This document shows positions 27,212 through 39,716 of a stretch of 64,000 nt of DNA, one piece after another. The DNA comes from Sarea resinae. Its lineage: Eukaryota. The stretch lies in assembly GCA_026026165.1 (NCBI GenBank), contig JAPEUD010000068.1, forward strand, positions 1 to 64,000, written 5' to 3'. The notes below the pieces were generated by a model. That model was not told the DNA's origin, did not search any database, and saw nothing but the letters and a program-made list of their open reading frames with translations. The position numbers were made by a program, and so were the translations under genes. The stretch's first letter is position 1. Each line of letters starts with the position of its first letter.

Positions 27212-28425
27212 CTACTGCGCCTCATCGATCTGGGCCAGCATCTTGGTCGTGATGTCCTGGAAGATGGCGTGCAGCGAGCAGTCGCGGTATTTGTCGACTA
27301 GGAGGCCTGTGTCTTTCTCCGTATTATGCTCCTCCTCGTTATTTTCACCATTGGTCTGCGTATCGGCATTGTCTCTCCGCCCATTGGTATCGACCTCCTG
27401 CTCCTGCCCCTGCCCCTGCTCCAGTCCAGCCACACCCAGCTCCAACCCGCCAACAACGGTGCCCCGAGGATAGACAGGCCGTCGGCCCTCCTCGACCAAG
27501 AGCCCAAACTGCGGATCAATAGGCACGTTGCCGAGAAAGGGCACGGCGAAGTCGGCAGCCATGACGCGGCCGCCGCCGCTGGAGAAGACGTTGGTGCACT
27601 CGGCGCAGCTGGGGCACACGAACCCGGACATGTTCTCCACCACGCCGAGCACGGGGATGCGCGTCTTGGCGCAAAAATTCAGCTCTTTGCGCACGTCGGC
27701 GGTCGCGATCGCTTGCGGCGTCGTGACGATGACGGCGCCGCGGAGTTTGGGGGGGGTGGGTTGTCCGTCGTTGGTGTTATTGGTGGTGGTAGTGGTAGTG
27801 GTGGTGGTCAGGAGGCTTTCGGCCAGCGAGATATGCTCGTCGCTGGTCCCGGGCGGCGTGTCGATCAGCAGGTACTCGAGCTCGCCCCAGGCCGTGTCCG
27901 CGAGGAACTGCCGCACCATGGCCGTTTTCTTGGGCCCGCGCCACACGACCGCGTCGCCGCGATCCCGCAGCAGGAAGCCCAGCGACATGCAGCGCAGCTC
28001 GGCGCGGCCGGCGGCCGGGTCGGCGCCGTGCACGGTCACGGGCAGCCAGCCCGCGCGCGTCTGCGTCACCGTGGCGCCCTCGAGCCCCAGCAGGCGCGGC
28101 ATCGACGGGCCCGTGAGGTCGAGGTCTAGGATTCCGACGCTGTGGTTTTGTAGACTCAGGCTCAGCGCTAGCTGCGTCGTGATGGACGATTTGCCGACGC
28201 CGCCTTTGCCCGAGAGGATCTGCGTGCAGGAAAGGGGCAGTTAGTGAAAGCAAAAATGAAGAAGGCTGAGGGAGGATCAATAAGTGATGGGGAGGTGAGG
28301 TGAGGTGAGGGGCAGACGCGCGGGGTGGACTGCTTATCGATAAGGACGACCTTGCGTCTGGTGGTGCGAAGGGGTACTGAAGAGAGACTCACGAGGATGA
28401 TGTTCTGCACGCCTGACAACGACAT
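27212..28425 (-). CDS. CFD1: Cytosolic Fe-S cluster assembly P-loop NTPase Cfd1
   Basis: [52 protein letters not shown]; lacks the Nbp35 N-terminal Cys extension. Exons 28425-28393 and 28219-27212. Confidence 0.95.
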
Positions 28426-29371
28426 CGTGATCGGCTTTGGTAGGTTCAGGGCCCGATGCCGAGGGTTATCGTCGACGTGGGAAATGCAATCGACTCATTG
28501 GGAAGTTTGTGGCGCGAAAATGCTTTGCTTGTTATGACGAAGAAATAAGTATTTGGCGTTGATTACCTATCAGTCGCTAAGGCGGCCGGGGAGGCGCGGC
28601 ACTTGGAGTCTTCGTAGTACCTTTCATGCGCGCGGCAGCTGAGCTTCTAAGCGGCGCTACTGGAAGACTGCGCAGTTGAAATCATTACTTCGTACAAGGC
28701 CGCACACGTTGGGATAGGCCAATACTCCAGAGTAGTAGTCAATTATTATTATTGTCCATATTCCCTTATCATCTAGTCATAGGACACTGTCGAATTATTC
28801 TGTCCAAGTTAACCTCTCATGCGAGCAATGCCAATCATCTATCGCGACCTCGTCCTTGTCGCCCTTCTCCGCCTTCTATTCTATAATTCTAATTACACCA
28901 TGCTTATTCAATGCCAATTCCACGGCTGGCGGATGGCCTTCTATTGCCGACGCACGAAGTGAGAGAGGAAAAACAGTGGTATCCCGGAAATGAAAAACAG
29001 CGCCATCCCGTAAAAAATGCTGATGCAGCTAACCGACCATATATGTTCCGATAGAAAAGAAAACGCCGATGAAAATCTATCCTTCTAATGTAGGGCAAGG
29101 TAGTATTTGGTGTGCAACTGTTCTGCGGTACCGTGCTGCTTCTGGCACCCGATTCCTTTTTGATAATCTATAGGATGATTCGACCCTCCAGTCGGTGATG
29201 TGACGTGGCGGAGGTTGACGTGGTGTGATGTTTGTTGTGTTGGGCGAGTTTCCTCTATGAGATGAAGGCTCTTTCTATGAGGCGATGTGGTAGAATCTAT
29301 AAACTTTTGTTCCCGTTCTGGGAGCGAGGTGTTGGTTTTGTTGAGGCTTTTTCTGGCTCCGGCTGGCTGGC

Positions 29372-30736
29372 TCAATCGACGTGGTCCTCGTCTCGGCCCG
29401 GCCATAAGATCTGGCCCGCAAATACGGCCCACGCATGACTGATGACAACAAGGAACCACAGCGTGACCATGACGATGGTCATAGCCGAGGACACCCAGAG
29501 GATGGCGTTGCTGTGGAGAGCGTGGCCGATCTGAATGGTTGCGATGGTGAACCCAGTGTTCGGGAACACAAAACTCCACCAGCTGAGGTGGAAGGTCATT
29601 TCGTTAAAGCCCGAGACGACGGCGATGACGGACAGACAGAAGAACCAAAAGGCGAGCGTCCAGAGGAAGATGCCAAAGAAGACGGACACGATCTTGAGGA
29701 CCTCGGCGGTGGGCACCATCGATGTGCCCTCGATGTAGTATTTGGGGAACGAGGTCAGGGCGGCATCTGACATGGCGATCAAGGCGAGTGCTGTGAACGA
29801 TGGAGGTCCTACCGCGATGAACATGCCCGGTCGGAAATTCGGTGAAGGAAGTCCTAGCGACAGGAGGCGGCGGATGTAATTCGCGTAGACGAAAATGGCG
29901 ACCATCATTCCCAGACCCTGGAACGTGATGCCGCCAATGATGACGGGAATGGCATGCTCCTCGGGCTGCGTGCCGGCGATGACAGATGCAATCGTCCCAG
30001 CGAGCATGATGGGAAAGATGGGCAGAAGCCAGGCTGGCGTCATGGATTGCATGGTCAGTGGCTTGCCAGTGAAAAGGAAGTGGTACTGGAAGACGGCAGT
30101 CAAGAAGCTAAAGGCCGAATACATCCAGAAGAGAACGCGGACGGCACGAGAGAGCCATGGGCCGGCGTTGCCGTAGCCGTAGAGCTGGGTGCATATGATG
30201 ATGTCGGCGACGGAGAGCCAGAAGGTGGCGAAGAAGAGGCCCTCCTTGGTGTTGCGGAACGAATGGGCCATGGCTTGGGGGAAGAGCACGAAACGGGTGG
30301 ATATGGCGAGGCAGAGACAGACGAAGAGGACGAGGTCGAGGATGAAGAAGACTTTGCCGATTGTTTCCAGGCCGTGGAAGCGGTGCGGGGTGCGGGCGAG
30401 GAGGATGGCGATGCCACCGGTGCTCATGGTCAGTGTAAACCATGCCCAGGTGAAATGTCGAATGCGCTCTCGAAGAGAGCATCTCTCTCCTTGGCGTTTC
30501 GGTATGTCGTCGTCGATGACATGTCGCACTCCGTCTGCCTTTTCCAAATCTCTCGGCTCCTCGTTGCTCTGCTCCTCACTGCTCATCTCCTCAGTGCTCT
30601 GCTCCTCGGCCATCTGCTCCTCTCTCTGTTCCTTTTCTCTCTCTTCGTCGATCTGTTCCTTACTCCGCTGCTCTTCATCGCCGAGCATGGTCACGCCAGT
30701 GAACATGGAGGCCATCGACCTCGGTGTCGTCGTCAT
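29372..30736 (-). CDS. SLAC1/TDT-family C4-dicarboxylate (malate) transporter, Mae1-like
   Basis: HFTWAWFTLTMSTGG, MTPAWLLPIFPIML, RPGMFIAVGPPSFT, SWWSFVFPNTG, ILWPGRDED; about 10 hydrophobic segments; intronless. Confidence 0.93.
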   Translation of the reverse strand: MTTTPRSMASMFTGVTMLGDEEQRSKEQIDEEREKEQREEQMAEEQSTEEMSSEEQSNEEPRDLEKADGVRHVIDDDIPKRQGERCSLRERIRHFTWAWFTLTMSTGGIAILLARTPHRFHGLETIGKVFFILDLVLFVCLCLAISTRFVLFPQAMAHSFRNTKEGLFFATFWLSVADIIICTQLYGYGNAGPWLSRAVRVLFWMYSAFSFLTAVFQYHFLFTGKPLTMQSMTPAWLLPIFPIMLAGTIASVIAGTQPEEHAIPVIIGGITFQGLGMMVAIFVYANYIRRLLSLGLPSPNFRPGMFIAVGPPSFTALALIAMSDAALTSFPKYYIEGTSMVPTAEVLKIVSVFFGIFLWTLAFWFFCLSVIAVVSGFNEMTFHLSWWSFVFPNTGFTIATIQIGHALHSNAILWVSSAMTIVMVTLWFLVVISHAWAVFAGQILWPGRDEDHVD

Positions 30737-32807
30737 GGCTGCGGACTATGGTGATCGCAACGTTGGGTAGAAGGCGACGATGACGCCAAGATGGCGGATG
30801 ATATCAATGACGAGGATGGCAAAGGATGTGAAAGGTGGGAACGAGAATTCCTCAGATCTCTTGCAATGTAGTGAAAGGTAGTATTCAGCTTGCTCGCGAG
30901 GAGTTGAGAGGCATTTCTATAATATTTACAGCCATTGCCCCCATCGGCACATTAGCTGATCGACTACGTCGTACTTCCAGGTTCTCTGACTCCGAGACTT
31001 TCGTGGGATGTCAGGATGGCGCCACAGCGTTGCAAAAGCATCTGCCCTGCCAGGCCCCGGTCGCTAAGAGAAACGAGCGAGCGGCCGGGTGGATCTTGGA
31101 ACAACAAAACAATCGAGAGAACGGCATTTACGATGACTTTGGTCGTCACTGAACCTGGAACGTTGAAATTTCATTGAGCCAAAAATCTTATCTACGGATC
31201 ATGGACCCATGTCTGCACTGCCAGCTAAGGATGCAGCTATCCTTGAGCCTCAGGGTTGCCGTGGCAGTGGCTGCATGAACTCGGATTTGCTGCCCGCAGC
31301 AGAAGCGTGGGTGAAAATCTTCGAAATGGCCCGAACGGAAAGGAGAAGAAGGAGCAGACGCGTCCATGATCGACAGGAGCACATCGATCCCAAGGAGAAC
31401 CCAAGGAGGGCCCAAGGTGAACCCAAGTTGCACCCAACACGAACAGGGCGTGAGTGGTCCGTACGGAGGACGCCATGTAGTAGTCGAGCGCCAACAGGAA
31501 AAAGGAATATGATCTTCATCGATATAGCTACACAGTACGTACTCTGGTAGAGCGCGAGCCCACGGAAATCCCGCGCCATCCGTACCAGACCAAAACAAGC
31601 CAAACCAGACCGTCTAGATCATCCATGAAAGGGATCCGCTTGGCAGCGTCTGGGAATAGCCCTTGGAAGTGTTCCATGTTCGTTGATATCCAGCGCCCTT
31701 TTCGCGCCTGGGTCACCTCATCTCCTTTCTATTCTTGCTCGATTGGATTGCTATTGCTGGGAGAGGGCTGGACGAGAGGACGAAGAGCTCAGAGCTGATA
31801 TGTTAGCTTGTCGAGATGAATGGAGCACTTGCTACGTCGCAGAGTTGCAGTAACCGTGCCCTTGGATCGTCTCATACGCCTTACTATCATCAAGACTGTC
31901 TTCCCATGCGTGATGACAGGGCGATGGCAGGCGAGTTCCACGTTTACGCTGGAAAGTCTCGTTATTCTCGATAAATGACTCAAGCACCAATCATCGATTT
32001 TCACCATCATTCGCGAGGAAACGGCTTCTCTCGACTACGGAGTGGGAATACTAGGCGATTCGTTCGGGACGATCCGGGACGAATGACGACCTAGTACGAG
32101 TCTCTTCCTCTCTCTCTTCCCTTGTACGGAGTATGCGACTCAGCCCTCAGGGAATTCTCGACCAGTACCATAGTACTCCAGACCAGGAGGAGTAGGGCAC
32201 GCCCGATGGAAGCCCTCGACTGGTGATGGCCCCTCGCCCCCTCGCCCCCTCGCCCCCTCGGCCCCCACGTTACACGCTAGGACTGCTTACTAAGGTCAGG
32301 TCACCTCAGCTCCTCTCGAGTAGCGGCGGCTCCTCGGCGGAAGACCAGAAAGGCAACAGAAACACAGACACACAACACGAAGATACCCGGCAGATCTGCG
32401 CCTCATGCAACCCTAGAGTGTGGCCCGAAGCCCCAGTAGTAAGCGGCTCAAATTTAACTTGCGGTGTGCGGTAACCTCCTACGTACTAACGTAACACCAC
32501 CGTTCTCTGTCCTCCGTGAGGTATGTTGACGTGTTGGATGAGCTTCAAGCTACCCACTCGACAACAACATCATGACCGAGTTCTAGGGTACGGGAACGAG
32601 TGCTCGTAGCGACTGGCAGATCGAGCAGCAAACTGCGCACAGACAGAGAATCGAACAGCACCGCATTCCCGTTCCTGGCTTTGGATTTGGCTTTTGCAGC
32701 CTGCAGCCTGCAACCTGCAATCTGCGTGATTACTTTGCCTCTCCTATCATCCTCACTCAGATGCGGACCAGGCACGCCGACCTCTTCGGGCTAGAAGAAC
32801 CAGCAGC

Positions 32808-34379
32808 ATGCCCATGTTCAATTCCATCAGCAGCTACCCTACTCCGAGTAGGGCCGCCAGCACAATCGAGGACCCACACCATGCCTTAATAGGCTCCTTC
32901 GATGACATGCCTGCCGATTACCACGTTCCAAGTGAATCGAGCTCGGCGCATGTGCATCTGTTCGATTCGGACAGCTCGAGGCTGCCAGCTGCATCTGATG
33001 CTGCATCTTCCAATCGCGAGAGTCGCCGGCGGTCCTTGCCCGTAGACCTCTTTCTTCCCAGTTTGTGGAGCAGCAATACTGCCGCTGCCTCCGTGACCGA
33101 CTCCAATTATGGCGAGCACATTGGCGAATACCCACTCGACGACACCACGGCAGGCCATCACGCCTCCGCCCTGAGACAGCTCAATGGCCTCCATACTCGA
33201 TCCCGCCATCATCAACATCATCATCACACGCCCAAATCCCCAGGCCCCCCAAGCTCGGTTTCATCCCAACCCGTCATCGTACGCACCTATAACAGACCCT
33301 CATCTCGTCATTCATCCCGGCCCGCCACGCCCGCCTCCGTGAGGGAGCATTACCGGATGTATAGCAATACCGAGCTACCCCCAATTGAGGAATTTGCTTT
33401 TGATGGTATTCTCAGAGCGATAGAGCCCGAGGTACGGAGCACGATCGATGCGATTGCTGAAATATGTGCAAGGAGCCGTACCAGTTTGGCCGACGAGTAC
33501 GGCGCTCATCTACCACCTGTGGGGGACGTTGGCCGGGCAAGGCAGGCACGAGAATTAGTATACGCAGGAAGAGGACAGGAGCAGACACTGACAGCTGTTG
33601 CGGAAGCTTCATCGAGCAATGAGCGTCTTGCTGATGAATCTAGGGCCCCAAATCAGGCCACCAATACCAACTCGGCCGCTTATGGGTCTCTCGAAAACAT
33701 CATGACTTCTTCAATATCAAGAGAGGCGACCACTGATCCGGCACAGGGGACCCAATCTAACCCAGCTGATGATGGCAATGGTGTAGACGATCCTAGAGAC
33801 GAGGATGATGGCAAGACTGGGGGCAAGACTGGAGATAAGAATGGTGGTGAGATAGCTGAGAATGGATTTGCTTATGCCGACGAGAGCCGAGAGCCAACAC
33901 TATCAGCGTGGCGACGTGGTCATACTCCAAAGTCAAAATCTGGAAGCTGGGCCTTTGGAGCGCGCGGATGGAAGCCGACCTATGGTCGTCGTCACAGCCA
34001 GCAGCTGGTCTCTCCCATGAATCTTATCTCAGAATTTGCCAGTCCCGAGCAGCTGCGAATGCCCACAGTACTTGCAGCCGAAGTGTCAGATGCGGCGGTC
34101 GATAGGGTGCCATCAAGTCGCCCTGAAAACGAAGGTTCGACGACCGGTCGGATGCCCAATGCACCCTCGAGGCGCAACTCCTTCGCGATGGGCCCTTTGC
34201 TGTTCAGGGGTCTAACTTCCTGGTTGCCTTGGATTGGCGATGAGAGAAACGGCCATACCTATGCCAGCGCCTCCGCCAGCAGTTCTGACAACAATGCCGA
34301 GCATAGCCTTCGTGGTCTGCTCCAATCCGCCAATGGTGGCGAATCAAAGGGCAGTGATCCAGCCGAGAGGCCGGACTGA
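32808..34379 (+). CDS. Uncharacterised, largely disordered fungal protein (523 aa)
   Basis: Long intronless ORF. A structured-looking core LPPIEEFAFDGILRAIEPEVRSTIDAIAEICARSRTSLADEYGAHLPP sits within S/P-rich flanks. Confidence 0.8.
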   Translation: MPMFNSISSYPTPSRAASTIEDPHHALIGSFDDMPADYHVPSESSSAHVHLFDSDSSRLPAASDAASSNRESRRRSLPVDLFLPSLWSSNTAAASVTDSNYGEHIGEYPLDDTTAGHHASALRQLNGLHTRSRHHQHHHHTPKSPGPPSSVSSQPVIVRTYNRPSSRHSSRPATPASVREHYRMYSNTELPPIEEFAFDGILRAIEPEVRSTIDAIAEICARSRTSLADEYGAHLPPVGDVGRARQARELVYAGRGQEQTLTAVAEASSSNERLADESRAPNQATNTNSAAYGSLENIMTSSISREATTDPAQGTQSNPADDGNGVDDPRDEDDGKTGGKTGDKNGGEIAENGFAYADESREPTLSAWRRGHTPKSKSGSWAFGARGWKPTYGRRHSQQLVSPMNLISEFASPEQLRMPTVLAAEVSDAAVDRVPSSRPENEGSTTGRMPNAPSRRNSFAMGPLLFRGLTSWLPWIGDERNGHTYASASASSSDNNAEHSLRGLLQSANGGESKGSDPAERPD

Positions 34380-35299
34380 TAGTGGTCGACTGCTTCATTC
34401 TAGACATTTTTTGATCACGAAACCAACGTTTAAGGACATGGATAGATTCCGTCCGTAACGAAGCGGGCTTTGAAGCGGTGGACGAGTGGATGATTTACGA
34501 ATTGATGAACAACCTGATGATTCAACGATACTTCTCATTTGCCCTTCATGAAACCTCGCTCTTGAGGGCGATGGCAGCGCTCCTTCAGACCAACGATTCA
34601 ATCTCCCTGGACCTACACGGTAGGGAGTTCCAACATGGCTCATCTCTCCATCCCGCTTCGTACTTCTACCGGGATATCATGACAACATCTCTGGACAGAA
34701 AAACGGGCAGGCAGGCAGATAGAGCTTAATGCTCAACGCCCAACTTTGCAAAGGCTTGAGACCCAGCTTCTAAGCTCTATCTATCGCGAGGCGCAGGCTT
34801 TTCACCGAAGTCGCAGCATCATGACAGCGCCCTTGGTACCGTCCGTGAGGGAGAACACAAATATCCCCCATTTGTTGCTATTCTGAGCATCATTTGAGGC
34901 GTTGGACTGTCGAATTGGAGAGGACTGGATGAATGGAACTAGATGGCGTGGAAAAGAGAAGAACGCGTGGACTCTCTTCAATGTTTTAGGGATTCCTCAC
35001 CCTGTCGTCAGTCCCCTCGATTTGATTTGACCGGCCCGTAGGAAGGAGGGCCGGGGCCGGGGAAAGCTCTAGATTCTCTTGTCCTCGTATGATTTTCCAA
35101 AGCTGGCTCAGACCTAAAGAATAATTAAGCGTCAAGGAGGACGAAATAAGGGCTCGGAGTCCTCGCGGGCCTGCCTATAGGACTCGACCGGAGAATGGCG
35201 GTAGAACGTCCCCACCGCTTTTGCTTGCCTATGACACTCCCATATCTATTCAAGAGCTATTTTTTATTTTCTTATTTTTTAGCCATCTTATATTGACGT

Positions 35300-36400
35300 C
35301 TACATTTACGTCCACGTCCACATCCACATCCACATTCACGTTCAACTCGTGTGCATGTTCATGTTCATCTCTAGACAGATATATTGTCCATACTTCTTTC
35401 TATACATTGATCCGTAGCCATATCTATATCTATCTTTCTATCTATATCCTTTTTTAGATATGTGTATAGATATACATATATCTGGAACCCCCCCGCCCGG
35501 ATCTAAATCTCTCTCGCTCTCTCTCTCTCTCTCTCTGAAACCATGGGATCGGCGTCCCCTTCATCCTACATCCTACATCCTACATCTACATCTACCCCTT
35601 CGTATGCACATCCACACCCTCGTATCCAGACGCTCTCAGCCCTGGAAACGTGTAATACAGCTAGAATGTTGTTTTGTTTTCTAAATGGATGGATATACTA
35701 ATTGGCTGGCTAACTGGCCATGAGTTGGCTGGGAGTGAGTGAGTGAGTGAGTGAGTGAGTGAGTGAGTCGATTGGGTTGGTAGGTCGGCCATTCAGTCGG
35801 TTGGTAGGTAGGTAGGTAGGTAGGTAGGTATATGTATATACCTATGCTATCATACATGAGGTAAGATACTAAGATAGGAGGAATAGATAGATAGATAGGT
35901 AGATGGAGAGATAGATAGATTGTGGGGGATTTCTCAGGTGGGAGGGTGAGTGTCGAAAATGCGGAGAGGAGGAAGAGGGGGGGGGGGGGGAGAAGGGGGG
36001 AGAGTAGACTATTGGGAGAGAAGAGCATGGGGAGAAGAATGCGATAGGGGAGCGAGAGAGGGAGGGAGGGAGGGAGAGAGAGAGAGAGAGAGAGAGATTG
36101 AAGGGTAATATACAGATAAGATAGGACAGGACGAGCTATGCCAACCACCCTCTACCCTCCACCCTCCCTACCCCCCAGCATCCACACACACACATACATA
36201 CATACATATATAGACACACATATACAAGAGCCACCGGGAGCGAAACCGCCAATCAGAATGCGCTTTCCGTGCTTCCCATCCCATCCTCCCTCTCCCTCCT
36301 GCGATCCTATCCCCTTTTTCCTACTTCTCTCTTATCCCCTACAAACGATACATGACAAAAGTGACTACCGCTACAAACTTCCTCTCATTCCCCACCTAAC
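35300..36400. repeat. Microsatellite-rich spacer between convergent genes
   Basis: (CT)n ~35508-35536, (GAGT)n ~35733-35768, (GGTA)n ~35804-35830, (GATA)n, G15 ~35976-35990, (GA)n ~36074-36097, (CATA)n. Confidence 0.9.
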
Positions 36401-36406
36401 GAAATC

Positions 36407-37721
36407 TTACACCGCGGCGCTCTCGACGCCCTCTAGAACGCTAAGGCCGCGCGGTCTCGACCCCTTGTTCGCGCTCCGCAGCGCCTCGGCCGTCGCCTTG
36501 ACGACAGCATCGACCTCCTTCGTGGCCTGGACTAGCCAGACGCCGAGCTCGCTGCGGGGCTCCAGCACGCGGGCCGCGAGACGCAGACCATGCGCCACGG
36601 GCGCCCAGCGCATGAGGGCGTGGTTGGCCTCGTTGAGGGCGGTCCGGGAGGCTCGCAGGCTCGTGGGGTCGAGAGCGGGGAACGAGGCGTGGTGCCAGGT
36701 GGCACGCAGACGGGTGACGTAGGTTGCGACGAGGCCGGCGTCGAAGTCGGCGCCGCCGTGCGACTTGAGCGCGTGGGCGGCGGCGAGCTCGACCACGACG
36801 CCGATGATGTCGGGTTGGGCGCGGGGGTCGGCGGCGCTGATGCCGCGGCCGCCGCAGTGGCGAGCGTCTTCGAGCGCCTCGATCGTCGTCTCGGCTTGTC
36901 GGAAGGCTTTCGCGATGCCAGCTTCGTCCCAGTTGGCTTGCGCGGCGCGCAGGTGCGCCCCGAGGATGACCTCTCGTACCACGGGCAGCGCCGTCAGGGT
37001 GAAGCCCGTGCTTTCGACGCGCCGGATTGCTTCTGTCAGTATGCCCTGCTGGCCGCTGGTGTTGGCGAGGCGGGCCGTCTTCTCGAGCTGTGCTGCGTTC
37101 AGCGTGCGGGAGGAGGCGTGCAGGCCTTGCAGGAAGGGGATGAGGTTGGACCAGTCTGATGATGATGACGATGAGGAGGCCGGAGTGGTGGAGTCCGGGG
37201 TAGATACTGAGGCGGAGGCGGGGGAGGAGGTTTTACTAAGCAGGGAGAGAACACGCGCGATGTCCGACGGGTGATAGGGGCCATCTTTGTAGCGGTCCAC
37301 GGGCTCCAGTGTCACCTTTTCCGTGCCAATGTCCACCGTTATGGGCTCCGGGGCTGCGGAGAGCATTTTCGACTTGGTCGGCTTGTAGATGAGGTCGCGG
37401 TGGCGCTTGAGGAGGTGGGCGGGGACGAAGATCTTGGTGCGGAAGGAGGTCAGGAGAGCGTCGAGTTCCGGCGACGACGTAGGCGAGAAGACGGGGACGT
37501 TGCCTGTATAAATGGGGTGAAATGTTAGCTTCGGCTTTGCACTTGTTTTTCCTTTCATTGTGGGCTCCCACTGGGCCATCGGGTTTCAGAGTAGATATAG
37601 AAGATGGCGTACCGTGTTTGAGGCATACGGCACTGCTGGAGAATGTCCGTGCCTGTGGACGACTGGCCTGGCTGCCACAGCTCCAGCACCGCAGCGCGCT
37701 GGGCAAGCTCTTACTCGCCAT
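36407..37721 (-). CDS. Uncharacterised protein with a mitochondrial-presequence-like N-terminus
   Basis: Exon 37721-37613 (MASKSLPSALRCWS...QARTFSSSAVCLKH), intron 37612-37504, exon 37503-36407 (GNVPVFSPTSSPELDALL...); Ala-rich, probably helical. Confidence 0.8.
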
Positions 37722-38070
37722 CGCAGCCGTCTGCCTGTCTGGTTCGATCTGGATGCAGTCAAGCAACTGATTCAACGTCTGCAAAGGTGGAGGAGCAGGA
37801 CAGTCCTGGCGCAATTGGAGGTGGGAGGTTAGTTTGCGGCGGAGGACTGAGAGTATGTGAAGTTGATATTGGTGAAGTTGCTTCCCTTTCCGAGAAGATC
37901 GCCAAGCTCGAATCGCGGAGCCAAACCCAAAGACGCAACATTAGCGAGGACTTTTTCGGCGACCAGGCAAGCCAGCATCACCACTTGAACCTCCAATCTC
38001 GAACCTCCATCCTCCAGCCGTTGCTCTACAGCCATATTGAAGAGCAACCAACTCCCTCTCCCTGGCAGCA

Positions 38071-39015
38071 ATGGCTCTCCAAGCGCCCACCCTGCGGCAA
38101 TTGAGCGGTTGGAGATCACTCCTGCGGCAATCTTGCACCATCACTCGACCGCTGTCCACGGCTTCTCCATCCACGACGTTCCCGTCACGCACGACAGCAC
38201 CGCCACCATCCTCATCATCACGGCTCACCTCATCTCCCATATCCTCCTCGCTCCTCTGTACATGCTCCTCTCCATCTTGAGTCCGCCCCAGAACCACGCA
38301 ACTGACACCGTCCCAGCTCCGACGACCCCAAAGAACGCCATAAAAACCTACCCGCCACCGCCCTCAACCGCCGCCGCGCACAAAGACCCCATCTCGCTCC
38401 TCACAGCCTCTCAGCTCTCGCTCCTCGACCCCACGGGCGCACGAACGCAGCTCTTCAGCCGCACGAACCCGGAGGCCGCCAAAGTGGGCGACATCCTGCT
38501 GGTGCGGCAGAAGAACGGCGATCCGTTCGCGGGCGTGTGCCTGAATATCCGCCGGCGCGGCGTCGACAGCGGCATCTTGCTGCGCAACGAGCTGACGCGC
38601 ATCGGCGTCGAGATGTGGTTCAAGGTCTACAGCCCGAATGTCGAGGGCATTGAGGTGGTGCAAAGACGAGAGAAGAGGGCGAGGAGGGCAAGGCTGTATT
38701 ATATGAGGTTAGTTTCTCTTCCTCTCCTTTGGGTTCTCGACTACGTGCTGTTGCTACGGGTTTTCTCTCCAACGAAAAAGCAAGAATGAGAGCCACGAAG
38801 AAAGAACGGACGAAAGAGCCCTGAAACTAACACGTCCTCCCCTTTTCACTAGACAACCCAAGCACTCCGTCGGCAGCGTCCAGAACCTGGTTCTTCAGTA
38901 CCAGCGCCAGAAAGCCATGTTACGCTCCGGCGACACGCGGGCCGCGGGCAGCGGCAGCCAAGGCCCCGGCAACACCAGCCAGAGCAAGAAGGGCAAGAAG
39001 AACAAGAAGCGGTAG
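38071..39015 (+). CDS. IMG1: Mitochondrial ribosomal protein bL19m
   Basis: KVGDILLV...FAGVCLNIRRRGVDSGILLRN...GVEMWFKVYSP...RARRARLYYMR. Exons 38071-38257, 38317-38707, 38853-39015. Confidence 0.93.
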
Positions 39016-39716
39016 AGGGAAAACAAAACGCCACGTAACAAGGCGGGGCTTGGAGAGAAACCGCAAACAAAACTTTGAAGAGTGTAAGCGATAGCTAGGG
39101 GAAATTGGATGGGTGCTAGTAGTCGGTGTTCGTTTGTTCATATCAACTACCATCTCTGTTTCCAGCTGTAGTTGATCGGGACGAAAGCGGTTCGGGCATC
39201 ATATTATGATGCTCGGGCACTCTGAGGATTGTTTTATAGCTGCACCTGTAAGATATACGATATCCGCCATCACACAATATCTCATCCACTTGAGAGATGA
39301 AGCTTTCATTTGTTTTCTACAGTGAGAATTGGAAGACTTCTGTAGATTTTGCTCATTTTCATTTTCATTTCCATTTTCATTCTCATGATATATTTCCGTA
39401 CATATTCATTTTCAGTGACTCGGGGAGTAAGAAAGAGAGAAGAAGAAAACGAAAGAAAAGAGGATAAAGGGGAGTAGAGAAAACGTATCTTGAATCCGAA
39501 TGTGGATCTGGACCCGCACTAGCTAGCTTAGACATGCATGCTGTGTGAAACGAGATACGGGAGAAGCACGGAGGGTGAGATGCAATGCACACGGACACAT
39601 ATTCAGCGGCGGCTCCATGCTTGCTTGCACGCTTGACAACAATCAACAATCAACACTCAACGTCCGACACTCAACCCTCCAAAGGCACCTACAGCTCACT
39701 ACGTCCTGTGCCTAGC

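Noticed and set aside
27326..28244. Long antisense ORFs over CFD1 (also over the malate transporter, the 36407 gene, MRPL1, TAF6 and PhoD)
   Set aside because: Shadows of GC-rich sense codons with no recognisable motifs.
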